Below the pieces are notes generated by a model, which worked only from the letters and a program-made list of their open reading frames with translations, had not been told where the DNA came from and made no database searches. A stretch of DNA of 64,000 bases from Eledone cirrhosa (Eukaryota): positions 61,380,001 to 61,444,000 of the forward strand of contig OZ024740.1 of the NCBI GenBank assembly GCA_964016885.1, in the 5' to 3' direction. Below, one piece after another: positions 24,309 through 38,403 of this stretch. The position numbers were made by a program, and so were the translations under genes. The first letter of the stretch is position 1; every line of letters begins with the position of its first letter.

Positions 24309-26064
24309 TTAATGTAGTTTATGAAGCACAATTCCAGACAAAGTAGATGAAGTAAATTTGCTCAAAATATCTTTATTTTTAACAATTGTTTTGAAAAATA
24401 CAAACATCAATCTGTAATCTATGCCTGGAGCTATAAAATATAAAAATATGGTACTGGCACTTGTAGAGTTAATTCAAGGGTATTTAGCATGATATTATGA
24501 AGTGTATTTGGCATGATATCATGAAAGATAGCAATAAGTGAAATTAAGAATGCTATATTTCAGCCAATGCCAGCATAGAAAAATGGCTGCAAAAATTATT
24601 AACATTGTTAGTGTAAAATAACTTATTTCCTTTTAATTAATAATACCAGATGTACAAACTGGTATAGACTCCAACCTGGATGTAGGCATAACAGTGTGGT
24701 TAAGAAGTTTACTTTGCAACTATCAGGTTTCAGGTTGAATCCACTACCTAGCAAACTGAACAAGTGTCTTCTACCATAGACTCAGGTCAACCAAAGTATT
24801 TTATCAGAGAGACTGCTTTTTTGATGGGATAAATAGACATAACCCATCATCTATTTTAACACCACCACATGCTCCTTGAGTGTCTTTAGTGTCTCCACCA
24901 TTGCAAGTTTTGATCCAGGACTCCTTGTTGAAGTTCTTTGTAAGCTCAAATTTAATAGTGATTTCATTCCTTGAGGACTGAGTGCAGTCAACTGAATAGT
25001 TTTGTACCTCATAAAACCACATTAGCAAGACATTCTTGAAAAGGACATAACAACACTATGACTGCATCACATTAGAAATTGAAATGATTACTTCTGTTTA
25101 CTGCCAATCTTCATAGTGATCTATTCACTAGTAAAGATACTATAAAGATTTAAATTATCAAAGCTGTTTTTAGATATTTTCTTCTAAACTATTACAGGAT
25201 GTTAAGATTTAGGTTATTACAACTTTTTATTTTGTTAAATACTTAATGATAGGGAAAGTAAAGTTGGCCATAGCATACTTTGAACTTGGAAGGAAGAAAA
25301 TATTTCAATATATGAACTGTCTCCTTTTTTTTAGCAGTGTGTGTGAGTATGTGTGTGCCTGCCTGTGTATGCATACTTATAGTTATATTTCAGTATTTTG
25401 TTAAGTGGGTGGCACAAAAAATTTCTGGTATTCAGTGAAACTTGTTTCTTTTAATAAAATTTAATAGAAATTTATTGTGTTGTTTTTATATAATCCAATT
25501 CTTTCTAAATAAAAATTTATTTCGTTTCATTTCTTATTGAAATTGAAATGGAGGGAATTCTCCACAAAGATGGATTTTGAAATCTTCTGGAAAATTATAT
25601 AAGGGTTCCATAGGAAAATAATTTGGGGAACTAATGGTATATTTGAACATTTACATGTGAAGACAAACACAAGGGAATATGTGTGTGTGTGAGCAATGAA
25701 TTTTAAAAGAAGAAAATCATAAATATTGCAACAATTAAAAATCAGTTATTTTTGCAAGATGAAGTGGAAAAACATGAGGAAAGAGAGGCAAAGAGTCATG
25801 CTGAACTCATCACTGTTATAAAACTAAAAGGGGTAAAGATGGAGTGGTAAACATGCCAAGTGATACATCTCTATATTAAAACAGCAAGGATTGTTGGTGG
25901 AAATTATTCTAAAATAAAGAACATGCTTCATCAAGGTAAAGGACATCTGCATCAATTTAAACTAAAACACAATGGGGGCTGTGCAGGCAAATTACCTTGA
26001 CAGAATCACTTGCCAGGGAATTCAGTCATGTCGATGTTTAAACATATTTTTCTGTCTTGTATTT

Positions 26065-27050
26065 TTAAACATGAGATGGGCTTTGCTTTAAGATCTCTGC
26101 AGCAAGATTATAAAATACTTCCAGATCCACAAAATCATCTGAATTTTCAGAAGTGTACTTTAATAGAGAATCTAATTCCTGAAGATCTGAACATGTAGTC
26201 CTAATGGGAATCGGAGCAACATCCATTGTGTTGGTGGATTGTAAGGGATGCATATTTTCCTTTTGAAAAGGACTTTTTCCCAAAGAGTATATTTGTGGGC
26301 TATCTGTTAAGGAACTTACAGTAGATGGTGGATTTTCAGAAAAATGGAAATCTAACTTTTTAGAAGTTACAACTGGTTTGTGTTCTTCACATATTCTCTC
26401 ATCATATTTTGTTTCAGGCTTTTTTTTAAATGAATCACTTTTAGAAGCTAGGTTAAGAGCTTCTATAGAAGGTATGATTTCAACTGGGTGAAGGGGTATT
26501 TCATCAACATCATCATTTCTTCTGTCTTTATCTTTAAATGGAAGTTGTAGGTACTCCATCACAGATTTCATAAGATTTCTATTTTCAAGCATTGGTTTTA
26601 ATGAATTAAAGAGTGGCAATTTACGAAATTTATTGTGATAAACCTTCGTTTCAAACAATGGTGGAGTCTTCAGAATTCTTAAAGATGCAGCTTTGAGTTT
26701 TGAACGGCATGTTGAAGGGTTCAAACTATTTTCAGGTTCAGTTTTACAGAACTTGGTACCCTTTATATGTAATTTATCATTATTATTTCCACATGAAAAA
26801 CAATTATTGTTAAGAATGAGATCCCGAAAATTAGAAGACCCTGTCATTAAATCATGCAAAAGTAGTTGGAATACACTTGAAGCCAGTTTAGAATCTATAT
26901 CAGGACTTTCAAGATTAGCAGAAGATTCTTTAATATCTTCTTCAGAATTGAAGTGTTGTTGAGTTGGCAGTGACTCCTGTTGAATGCTAAGTTTATCTCC
27001 AACAATACTAGATGGTACAAGCTTAAGCCTTTGCTGTGAAGGAAAACGTC
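26065..27050 (-). CDS. PLEKHA7: PLEKHA5/6/7-like alternative last exon A (328 aa)
   Basis: Acceptor tttatttatattttgaag. Phase-1 entry opens a 986-nt stop-free frame in AT-rich DNA (GRFPSQQRLKLVP...EILKQSPSHV-TAA) that contains ORF 26065..26859. Confidence 0.72.
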
Positions 27051-27609
27051 CTTCAAAATATAAATAAAAGATGAATCATTTACAAAAAAAAAACGAAAAA
27101 AAAAAACGCTAAAGCAAAGTAAAAAGGGAAATAAGGAATATTTTTCAAAATAATTGAACTATAAATAAATAAATAAATAAATAAATGAGATTCAGTAATA
27201 TTTAACATGTTATCAATTTTATGAAACATGTCATAAAATTAAAACACAAGCACACACATTGGCAAAATTCAAAAATACCTTACATCATATTTTAATAGTT
27301 TAATTTTTAAAAAGAAATTTAAACAGAATTGAGAAGAGTGAAGAAAGATCATAAAGAAGGCCAGTAAGTCTTGTTTTAGTAATAAATGACTGTAGGTTAT
27401 ATATAAATGAATTCATAGGGTAAAGTTATTCATCATATGAAACTAAAGGCACTGTGATGCATCCCACAATGTAAACAATACGGCTTCAGATCAACTGATT
27501 GAATGTAAGAAAAATATGGATTTTGAAAAATATGAAAAATAAAAGCAAAAAATATAATGTAAAACCTGTAAAAAATAAAGTAATAAAAAGAAAACTAATA
27601 GAAACTTAC

Positions 27610-27758
27610 CTGCTGCTGCTTTACTTTTCCTAGTAACTTCCATAGCAAGTTCTTGTGTTATAGTTAAAAGTTTCTCTCTATTCTGCCTTTCTTTAGCAAT
27701 ATATTCATGGATACCATCTTTCATTTCTTCTGGAACAGTTTCAGCCCAGGAATGTACA
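27610..27758 (-). CDS. PLEKHA7: PLEKHA5/6/7-like exon
   Basis: ctctcag|SVHSWAETVPEEMKDGIHEYIAKERQNREKLLTITQELAMEVTRKSKAAA G|gtaagt; phase 2 to phase 1. Confidence 0.88.
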
Positions 27759-27876
27759 CTGAGAGAGAAACAAAATCCCAAGGTCAGAAGATATATTCTT
27801 GAATAACCATAAAAATTTAATGTCAGTCAATTCTTTCATTTCTTGTTTCCTTTCAGAGAATGTATTAACCCTTTAA

Positions 27877-28090
27877 TTCTTAAGATCTTGTAATAATTTA
27901 GCAAAAAAGAATATCTAAAAATGGGCTTGTTTATTCAAATGCTTATAGTATCTTTATTACTCAACAAAACATTGTGAAAATATGCAGTATTAGAGTAAAG
28001 ACTAATTTTGAATGTGATGCAAAACTGCCATTTTGTACTTTTCAAGAATGTCTTCTTATTGTGGTTTCCTGTGGTATGAGACACTAAGAG
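27877..28090. mobile_element. TTAA-targeting MITE, family B
   Basis: Reverse-oriented relative of 6110..6324, bounded by TTAA. Confidence 0.65.
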
Positions 28091-28267
28091 TTAAATACCA
28101 GCTCAGCCAAACCAGCTCTATCAAAATATTTTAAATAGAAATGCAAATCTTGAATTGAAATCTCATTACATGGTCCAATCCTTGCAAACAGAGGAGCAGA
28201 GTTATAATTATTGACAATTATAACACAAAGGTAGTTTATTTTTATTAATAATATGGTAACAAGAGGG

Positions 28268-28430
28268 GTGAGGTGCAGACATGGCTGTGGTATAAGAAGT
28301 TCACTTTGCAACCACATGGTTTCTGATACAATCCCACTGTATTGCACCTTAGGTCAAAGTGTCTTCTATAGCCTCAGGTTGACCAATGCCACATGAGTGA
28401 AATTGGTAAATAGAAACTATGCTGAGATCC
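28268..28430 (+). mobile_element. tRNA-derived SINE (abundant family), diverged
   Basis: GGTGCAGACATGGCTGTGGTATAAGAAGTT...CAACCACATGGT...AAGTGTCTTCTATAGCCTCAGG. Relatives lie at about 24680..24800 and 29880..30030. Confidence 0.6.
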
Positions 28431-28690
28431 ATCATATATATGTGCATGTGGTTGTCTCCACATGTATCATGGCATTCACTCAGCTAGGGTAGTCAGTGAT
28501 GCTTGTTTAAGTTTCACATAAGCAATAAGTCTTGCAGATTGGTGGCGCAACATGTGAAGATCAGTGGAACAAGTACTTAAATACAAGTAAGGGCTAGCAC
28601 CAGGAAACAGGAAAGACACATGACTAAAATACTGCTGCAAAAAGCTGCATTATATATGAGAATGCATGTAGTAAGACATGCAAAGACTCC

Positions 28691-28729
<39 letters not shown>

Positions 28730-29057
28730 TTGACAGACTTCCTTATAGTTTCCATATACTAAATTCTTTCACTGTTGGCCTAAGGTCACTCTTAGAAAAC
28801 ATTTGCCCAAACTGCTGTAGAACTAGATGGAGCCCAAAACAAGATAGTTGCAAAATTAACTTAACCACACAGCCACACCTGCACCTCTAATGATAGTAAC
28901 TAAATTAACAAATGTTACACTTGTAGCAATCAGCACACAAGCACTGAGTTAAGTTTATAAATTACAGTTTAATTTCCCAATACCATAGTAACTTGAGAAA
29001 ATGCTAATTTAAATATATCTCTCTCAAACAAAAACAATACCCAGAAGCAAACATTAC

Positions 29058-29191
29058 CTCTGTTCTGCCAAAACTCTTCGAATTCTCTCTGATTTTTCTT
29101 TCCGTTTTTCTTTCTCTTCTTCGCTTAAATCTTCATCATCAGAATCTGGCATGTAGCGTTCAGGAATCAAAACCTTTTCAGGCATCATTAA
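29058..29191 (-). CDS. PLEKHA7: PLEKHA5/6/7-like exon with the conserved KVLIPERY motif
   Basis: tttcag|LMMPEKVLIPERYMPDSDDEDLSEEEKEKRKEKSERIRRVLAEQ AG|gtaatg. Confidence 0.93.
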
Positions 29192-30028
29192 CTGAAATTA
29201 ATTAACAAAAAAATATAGATAACACTTTAGGTTAAAATGTCACAACCTTTACATGTAAATAACATTTCAGATGTCCTCATTAATTTAATCCTTTCGTTAT
29301 CATATTTCTAATGAAAATCATCATCATCATCATCGTTTAACGTCCATCTTCCACGCTTGCATGGGTTTGGACGGGATTAAAGGGTTTTACTAATATAACT
29401 TTCTCATTATTAAGCTGGAGCATAACTTAAAGGTTTTTACATAGAATTATGATTAATCCTTTAGCATTTAAACTAGCTGTATCTGGCCAGAATTCTCTCA
29501 TCTCTTTCTATTCAAAATAAATAATATCAAAATCTCATAGATTTGATATTATGTGAGGTAATTATGTGAAAATACAATAGTATATATAGAGTAATGTAAA
29601 TGGATTAGGTTTACCACGCAAGTAGGCCATGATGGCATTAGAACTCAGAATACAAAAACTGAAATAGATACTGCAAAGTATTTTGTTCTACACTAACAAC
29701 TCTCCCAATTTACTGCTTAGCTTGAGCACATGTCAAGATAACTGAGTACCAACAGCATTTGTTAAGACATGCAGTAGAGATAATCAGATAAGTATAGAAT
29801 ACTCATGTAGGTAAAAAGATAATGCATACTAGTTGAAAGATATTGTGTCAAAGTTATTTTGATACTTGGGAAATACCTTTAGGTGCAGATATGGTTGTAT
29901 GATTAAGAAGTTTGCTTCACAACCATGTGGTTCAGAGTTCAATTCCACTGAATGGTACCTTGGGCACGTGTCTTTTACTATAACCTCAGCCTGAATAATT
30001 TGGTTGATGGGAACTGTAAGGAAGCCTG

Positions 30029-30033
<5 letters not shown>

Positions 30034-30108
<75 letters not shown>
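30034..30108. repeat. Long perfect (TG)n microsatellite
   Basis: Uninterrupted TG run of over 70 bp. Confidence 0.97.
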
Positions 30109-30111
<3 letters not shown>

Positions 30112-30748
30112 AAAAAGTTGCTGTATACATCTCCATAATGATGTCATTTTACAAAGCAAGCACTGACATTTGTTTATGTCCCTCATAAACAATACATCCT
30201 GTAGCTCAGTGGTTTGTTGAATGTCAATGAAATATACCAAGCTTAAGAATAATGGTTTCTTATTTAGGCAAAAGGCCAGCAATTTTGGTGAAGGGTGAAA
30301 GTGGATTAAATCGACCCCAGCGCTTTATCTTATCGACTCCATAAAGATGAAAGGCAAAGCTAACCTCAGCGTGATTTGAACTCAGAACATAAAGAACCGT
30401 AACCATAGGCTGCAAAGCATGTTGTCCAACGCTCAGCATCATGGGGATATAGAAAACTGACACAAAAATGCAGTCTCATTTATTCCATGCCAACATGGAA
30501 ATGTGGACGTAAAAATGAACATTTAAAGTAGACTGTGGTTACAGCACAACAGAAATGCTGCTCTAAGGCTTTATCTATTCTATATCTGTTTGATACAAAG
30601 AGAACAGACTGAAATAGTATATAAATGCTTTACTGTATGCATTAGAAAGGTTAACTTTAAAAAAAAATATTATCAAAAATAGAATGTGAGCAGCAGAGAA
30701 AGATGGAGAGAAAGGAAACGAGAATGATCTAGTGGAGGAGCAGCATAT

Positions 30749-30820
<72 letters not shown>
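30749..30820. repeat. (GA)n microsatellite
   Basis: GA run with a few GAAA interruptions. Confidence 0.95.
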
Positions 30821-30822
<2 letters not shown>

Positions 30823-31143
30823 ACACACACAATGAATTGCAGAATATGATGGAAATAAAGTCAGCAAAGAATGTTGTGAAGAGAAATGGGATGAGATGCT
30901 TAGATTATGTTAAGGAAGGACAAAAATAACTGGAAGAGAAGAGTGATGAAAATAAATGTGTAAAGAAGAAAGAGAAGACCAAGAAAGACATAGCTAAAGA
31001 TGATTGAAGAGGAAATAAAAGCCCAAGTGTTGCTGAGGGAAGTATATAGACAGTAGGGCAAAATGAAACTTTGTCATGGTGTCAAGGAAGTTGGCCTTAG
31101 AGTGGTTGTTGTTGTTGTTGTATTATCAAAAACAGAAACATAC

Positions 31144-31215
31144 TTCTCTATCAATAGTCTGTTCATCAAATTTATCAAGAGTAGAACTTTGTATAATATC
31201 AGGCATATTGTTGAT
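31144..31215 (-). CDS. PLEKHA7: PLEKHA5/6/7-like exon (72 nt)
   Basis: cttttgcag|INNMPDIIQSSTLDKFDEQTIDRE|gtatgt; phase 0-0; leads directly into the KVLIPERY exon. Confidence 0.88.
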
Positions 31216-31297
31216 CTGCAAAAGAAGAGAGTAGATTTGTACATGCAATAGATGAAATTATAATCTCTATATATATACAACCACAGATGAAATTGTA

Positions 31298-31655
31298 ATC
31301 TATATATATATATATATAAAACTGTAGTTGTCTGTGTGTGTCCTCATTTTTGCAAAGTCTATACAAATCCACATTTCTACTCCGATTGACTTCAAACTTC
31401 TTTCTGCCACTCTCCTGCCTTGTATTTTTTCCCTAAGTATTTCATCATAATGGTCAGGTTGCTCTCCAGTGCTACTGGTAACATGTAACCCAGTACAACC
31501 TTTCACATGGTCAAGTCATCAGCAATTAAGCTAACAATCCCACCAAGTTTGCTTGGTGAAGAGAGTGATTTTTGGACACCCTGCATTATGAAAAACAAAA
31601 CTTGTCAAAGAGCAGAGGAACACAGGAAAGTCACAGTCTATCTAATATGGCTAGA
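31298..31655. mobile_element. Helitron/HINE-like non-autonomous element
   Basis: Starts ATCTATATATATAAAACTGTAGTTGTCTGTGTGTG, contains CCGATTGACTTCAAACTT and ends near CTAG. This architecture is typical of these elements. Confidence 0.5.
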
Positions 31656-32010
31656 CAGAGCTAGTAAGCCTTGATTGGAAGTATGTCTAGGAGAAGGATC
31701 ATTCTGATTTCAAAACCGAGGTATGTGACAACCTTTTAAGTGGTCAACAGCTTCATACTTGGGATGAAGGTAGAAACTGTTGGAAACCCATCATGTGTGT
31801 ACGTGTGTGTGTTTACATTTGTGTGTGTATATGTCCTGTAACTTAGCTGTTAAATACAAAGAGATAAAAATAGTAATAGCATGGATAGGTTTGACTAAAT
31901 CTCTTCAAGGTGGTGACCCAGTCAGGCCCCAAGTTTAATGACTGAAACTAGTAAAAAAAAAATAGAATAAAGGAATGTATCTAAATGGTGACAAGAAACT
32001 GAGAACTTAC

Positions 32011-32165
32011 TAGAGAGGAACTAATTATAAGGTCACCAGCAGCAGAAGAATTAAGTGAAGATTTTTGTTCAAGAGCATGCTCCAGTTTAATTGGTTCACT
32101 GCTTGAGATGGTTAGGTAACGAGCTCGTCCTCTGGGAGACCTTTTAACTCTAGCATTGGGTGAAG
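32011..32165 (-). CDS. PLEKHA7: PLEKHA5/6/7-like exon
   Basis: ttttacag|ASPNARVKRSPRGRARYLTISSSEPIKLEHALEQKSSLNSSAAGDLIISSSL|gtaagt; phase 1 to phase 0. Confidence 0.85.
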
Positions 32166-32665
32166 CTGTAAAATGACAACAAAAAAGATAGTTTAATAAA
32201 GAAAAGGGACGAGATAGTTAAGTTGGATTATGTCAAGAGCAGTCCAGTTAGTGAACAAAGAGATATAAATGCTAAATATAAATAAAGCTGACAACACTGA
32301 TGATGATTGCAGCTATTACAACAGGCAGAGCAACACAAAATGTGCATTAGTTGAAATATTTTTAGAGAAATGATGTATGACACTAGTTAAGAATGTTGTC
32401 AATAAGCTGCATACAAAATGTGCAGTGTGGAGAGGCATTAAAAAGCAGAGCAAACCGACAACATCAGCAAAACACTGAAAAAAAACCAACATATATGGGT
32501 TAGACCCATGAAGGCATGGAATATATATATATACATTATATATATAGACACATATATAAAGGGTGTCCTTAAAATGTATGCACACTTCAACAGCATTCTA
32601 ATATTGCTTGTACAGGTGAACAAAGTATGAATACATTTTTGGGGACACCCTGTGTGTATACACAC

Positions 32666-32711
<46 letters not shown>

Positions 32712-33144
32712 CACACACACACACACACATATATATTATATATAAATACACACACACACACACACACATACAAATATAGCAATTTAGCAAAAATAATAAA
32801 CATGTGCATCAAGAAACTGAACTGAAAAATAACCTGCATGATGAGGGGCAGATAAGTTCAAAGATCGCACCAGAAAAGCTAGGAGGGAAAACACAACTAC
32901 TCACATGGTGATTTTGATTTATTACAGTGTTGGTTAATCTGAATGTTAAGGGAATAAAATAAAATGACTAGGTACAAATGTTGGCATGTGTGTGTGTGTG
33001 TATATATATATATATGTATGTATGTATTCTTTTAATGTTTCATACTATAAACAAATGGAATTGAATTAGTGAATGGCAAGATAAATTTGTTGGTATAAAC
33101 ACCTAAATCTTTCTCTCTGTATGTGTGTGTGTATACACATACCA

Positions 33145-33177
<33 letters not shown>

Positions 33178-33322
33178 CACAAAGGCCAAAAACACTTGCT
33201 TGAATGGCATTTTTTCTCTGAAGACTTTCTGCTGTGCAGCTCTCCTGAGAGAGTTTCTTACCACCATTACCACTATATATATATATATATATACACATAC
33301 AAACACACACACACATATATAC

Positions 33323-33453
33323 AATAACTGTTATTAGTGGTGATTGTTTACTTCAAAGTTTTGCCAATATTAATGGCTTACCAAAACAGTTTTGATAAAT
33401 CATTAACCTTGGTGAAACTTCGATGTAAACAGTCACCACTAAAAGTAATTATT
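33323..33453. repeat. Imperfect palindrome (about 65-bp arms, almost no spacer)
   Basis: TTAGTGGTGATTGTTTACTTCAAAGTTTTGCCAA...CAAAAC A GTTTTG...TTGGTGAAACTTCGATGTAAACAGTCACCACTAA. Confidence 0.8.
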
Positions 33454-36400
33454 ATATTTATTTTATACAAGACCTTAATTTAGTGTATATTTATAATAAA
33501 TTTCAAATTCTCAACTGAATATTTTTTTCAAAAACATTTCTTTTAACATTGCTCCATGATAAAATGCACTCAGTGCACTTTAAAGTGCAGAAACCTAAGT
33601 CAGATAATGCAGTTCCCAACTCATCTAAGAGGCCAGTAGCATCGATTAGGTACTGGCTTGGTTTATAATGAACCATCCAACCCTTATTAGCATGGAAAAC
33701 ATATGTTTAATAAATGTTGATGATTATGATTACTCATTCATCAAAGAAAAGAGAGAAAAAAAAGCAATTAATTGCAGATAGGTCAATGCTTTTTTTTTTT
33801 TTTTTAATATATGGTAATCATTGTTTAGTGTGGTGAAAAAATAACTTGAGTTTTTTTTTGACTGGAACAATATTCTTTTTTTTTATATAATATTAAGTTG
33901 CATTTTTGTTCAATAAAAATCTAAGTACTACTATAGCTGTTTTCAAAAACCCATCTCTTTAAAATACAGATGCAACTTATACACCAGTGCATCTTACATA
34001 TCCCAAAATATGGTATATTCTGTTTACATGCTATCTAAGGTTTGACTCAAATAAATAGGCAAAAACTTATTGATATTTATTAGACTTCATCTAAAGTCTA
34101 CAAGACAACAAATATGTAATAGTCTAAAAGCAACAGCATAATTTAACATTTTTGGCACTCAGAGTCCAGACAAAATAAAGTGACTTTCATGAAAATATCT
34201 ATTTTATTTCTTTAAAATGTTTTGAAAACTGCCCAAATTTACATATAATCTCAGCTTAGGGACAGTAAAATACCAAAAACAGCATTGGCACTCAAAGAGT
34301 AAACTAGATGAATATTAACATTTTTAGATATTAATATCATGAACAAAATAAAGAATCATTAAACTAGAACTTTTTAAAGTTTCAACATTGTATATAAAAA
34401 TATTGCTGAAGCAAATCGTTTAGCAAAAGTAAAACATAGACAAGCAGATCTATTTCACCAGAAAGAACAGAGAGTAAGATACACATCATATCTGAGAATA
34501 TATTGAATATTACATGTTAGAGAGCATATGAAATCATTGCATGTATGAAAAAAAATGACCATTCTATTCCAATAAAAATCCTATTCAGTCATATCACTCA
34601 AGAGATAAATAGATATAATCAATAAAGATTGATCTTGTCTTTATTATATTTCTAATAAAATATACTGACTATGATTTTCAAATAAGTTTCAAAATATTTA
34701 AGAATTTAGAGAGATTTAGTAATATAAATAACTTTCTCATAATTAAGTCAGTTTTTGGAACAAAGATTCTTACATAAAATTATGAAGGCAGATTTTTAGA
34801 TAAATATATAGCTTATTATTGAACTAGGAGCAGTTTTGGGCAGTTCAATACCAAAAGGGTTAATGCATTCCACACACTTTGCAATAAATAACCATTTATG
34901 ACCATATTTGTAAATAATATATTCTAATTATGGCTTAATTTTGAAAATAATTGTTTCTACTTTTTGGCACAAGGCCAGCAATTACCTAGCGCATTACTGG
35001 TACTTTATTTTATCGACCCCGTAAGGATGAAAGGCAAAGTTAACCTCGGCGGGATTTGAACTCAGAATGGCAAGTAGGTTGCTGTCAAAAGGGCTATATA
35101 TAAGCATATGAGGCAGTCTCTATGTGGTGACTCAACCTGCTAGAAATAGTAACAAAATCTCTTTCAAACCACAACTTATAGTCTTAAAAATATCAACTCA
35201 TTGAAGACTGTAGTTTGAGGTACAAATTACCTAAAAAGAAAGAAAATGCTAATTGGAAAGCTTTGGATCAGACCTGCTTGATAGTAAGTTGGTTAGTAAT
35301 ATAACTTTCTTATTAAGCTGGTGTTTGGATCATAACTTAAGAAAGGTTCTTACATAATAGTATGATGGACAGTTTTTAGATAAGCATAAACAAACACTTT
35401 ATAAAAAACAGCTTAGTATCTTAAAACCAAAGGAAGTTTCTGGTAGTTTGATATCAAAAGAATTAAATAAGAACACTTTAACTGGGTTGTTTTGTTTCAT
35501 AGATCTGGAAATAGTTTGGTATCAAGAGGATTAATGTATAATGATACCTTAATCAATATTTAGCTACCAATTCAGAAAAGGTAGAGAAACTTGATTCAAC
35601 TAAAATATACATTGTTTATCATAATTTTATTCTTATACTAGCTTCAATCATTAGCCTGTGATCATGCTGGTGCACTTCCTTAAAAGGATTTAGTCAATCA
35701 TATAAACCCTAGTACTTAATATTTTTCAAATCTGGTATTTATTTTATTGGTGTCTTTTTATGTTGAACCGCTAAGTTATGAGACATAAATAATAAATATA
35801 AACAGACATTGATGCATACACACACACTTATATATATATCAGTTCCCGTCCCACCCTTGCAAGCAGGGAAAAGCGGACGTAAAATGATAATGATATATAT
35901 ATATATATACAATGGGTTTCTACACAGATTCCATCTACTAAATTTCACTCAAGGCATTGGTTGACCAAAGGCTTTAATAAAAGACATTTTCCTGAGGTAC
36001 CTCAATGGGAATGCACCTGAAACCTTGTGCTTTCAAAGCCAACACCTTAACTACATAGACATACCTATGATTATATTGGAAGATTTTAACTTAAATACAA
36101 TCCCTTAAAAATAAGTGGTTTTGTTTCATAAAATGAGAGGCATTTTTGTTCAGGTTGGTATCAAAAGGACTAATGTATACCAATATTTAATCAATATTTA
36201 GCTTCCAATTGAGAAAAGATGAATTTAAGTCAGTTAAAATGCACATTGTTCTTGATTTTATATGGAAGTTTATTCTTATTTGACTTAAAAGGTGTTGAAG
36301 ATATCGACAGATTTATTATATTAGAGATATGAAAAACAACAGATAATTAAGATAAAGTATGAATGCAATATTATTGCTCCAAGAAGTAGTGAATTTCAAC

Positions 36401-37419
36401 ACTAAACAGCATGAAATTGAATTATAGTCTTTAATTAGCCATAATATAGTGTTAAGCAAGATTAATCATTAATGATTTTTAGTAGCAATAATAGACAAAG
36501 CACTTGTATAGATCAATAAGCAAAATGCAGTTTCACTTTTTCCTCCAATGAAATAATATTAGGAATACAATGAAATGGGAAGTACCAGAAATGTCAACAA
36601 TTATCTCACAAGTAACTTAGATAGCTAGCATTATTGTTATTACTAGTACATAACTCATTGTTTTATAGGCATAAGTTTTTTTTCACTAAATTAAAGCAAA
36701 GCCATATCTATGGATTGTGTGCATATATATATACACACACACGCACAATCCAATAATATAGCTTTGTTACACACACACATAGGAGAGAGAGAGCAAGAGA
36801 GACAGAAACATGTTTGGTAGGGAACATTTAAAAACATTTCCCCACATCCATTTTAGCTTCAAGTTTGAGTTCATTAATTCTAAATGAAAAAATATTAAAC
36901 GTTTTTGACAGATTATATTGTTTGTGTATTAGACGGACAAAAAGGTCATAGTTATTATAATATAAATTATTATTATCATTATTATTATATTTATTTTTAT
37001 TATAAATTATTATTACTATTATAGGGCAGGGAGTGTTGGACACTATGCTTCGCAGCATAGAGTTACGACCCTTTACATTTTTAGTTCAAATCCTGCTAAG
37101 GTTAGTTTTGCCTACGGGAGTTGATAAAATAAAGTACCAGTCATGCACTGGGGTCGATTCAATCGACTTTCCTCACCCCCAAAATTGCTGGCCTTGTGCC
37201 TAAATTAGAAACCATTATTATTATTATTATAGATTAAAATGAAAATCTGTTGAGATCAACTTTGGTACTTTATCAACCTCAGAAGAATAAACGACAATCA
37301 AATACTGGTTAGTTTAATTGATTAACCTCTCCTTACAAATGTTCCTATATTAGAAACAATCACATTATTATTATTATTATCCCCAACTTCTTGGGCTCTT
37401 GTGGCCAACAAAAGAAATC

Positions 37420-37830
37420 ATTATCATTATTATGTTTTGCTTGAACTGCCCGCAAGTTTCAACCAATGTTAAGAAACAGCAAGCTCATCAGTATTAAGAT
37501 ATGATGACCATGTAGTTGTAAGATCAGTAAAATAATCCAGAAGTTTCAGTTTACAACATGTGTTTGCATATGTTCGAGTCCATGTATATTTGTACGTATA
37601 ATTTTTGTGTCTACACAGAGAGAAACTTGTGCAAATGTATGAAGTGTCCATAAGAATGATTTTTTGCAACTCATTGATTTTGGGGCAGCCTGGAATTGGG
37701 GCTATATAATTGCTTGAATCCTTAGATATCATTCCTCATGTTCCAATGACGACAGGTAATGTAATTGTTTTGAGATGCCACACTTTCTATTTCAAAGTCC
37801 TTGTATTTACTGAGTTTCTCAAATGTTTTG
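37420..37830 (-). mobile_element. R4/Dong-like element 3' end (RLE C-terminus and tail)
   Basis: Minus strand reads EKLSKYKDFEIE..WHLKTITLPVVIGT.GMI...ELQKIILMDTSYI, followed by a (TAA)n-like tail. Confidence 0.7.
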
Positions 37831-38151
37831 TGAGCTGTGACATCTATAAGACAAGTTTTTTAACAATAATAGCTAATTGGCTTGGATTTCCCTGTCTGAA
37901 TACTGATATTCCAAAAGACAGACTTCAGTATTTTGAGTAACCTTTGATAGTTTGTGCTCCCATCAATTCTCTTTATGAGGAAAATTGAATATGCAACCTA
38001 TCACTCAGTGTATGCACTGAGCTGCTCTATGTTTCATCCTTACTGGATTGATAATAAGTACCAGTAATGCACTCAGGTTGATATAATCAACTTTTCCATT
38101 CCCCACAAATTGCTGGCCTTGTGCCTAAATTAAGAATCATTATTATTCCTA

Positions 38152-38333
38152 TGGATTGACAGTATCGGTAGAGGGTCGGACGCCATGCTTTGACGCATAG
38201 AGTTACGGCCCTTGCCATTCTGAGTTCAAATCCCGCCGAGGTTAACTTTGCCTTTCATCCTTACGGGGGTTGATAAAATAAAGTACCAGTAATACAATGG
38301 GTAATTGCTGACCTTGTGCCAAAAGTAGAAACA
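38152..38333 (+). mobile_element. Young tRNA-derived SINE nested in the tail of an older SINE
   Basis: Near-identical to 43546..43732; flanked by the direct repeat ATTATTATTCCTA. Confidence 0.85.
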
Positions 38334-38403
38334 ATTATTATTCCTAATGCTTTTGCTCTGGCAGATGTTATACTGACACTATTATTATCATTATTACATT
38401 TAA

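Noticed and set aside
32316-33337. Cluster of short YIYI/CVCV/THTH ORFs (also 29986..30929 and 52348..53104)
   Set aside because: These are microsatellite translations with no coding signal.
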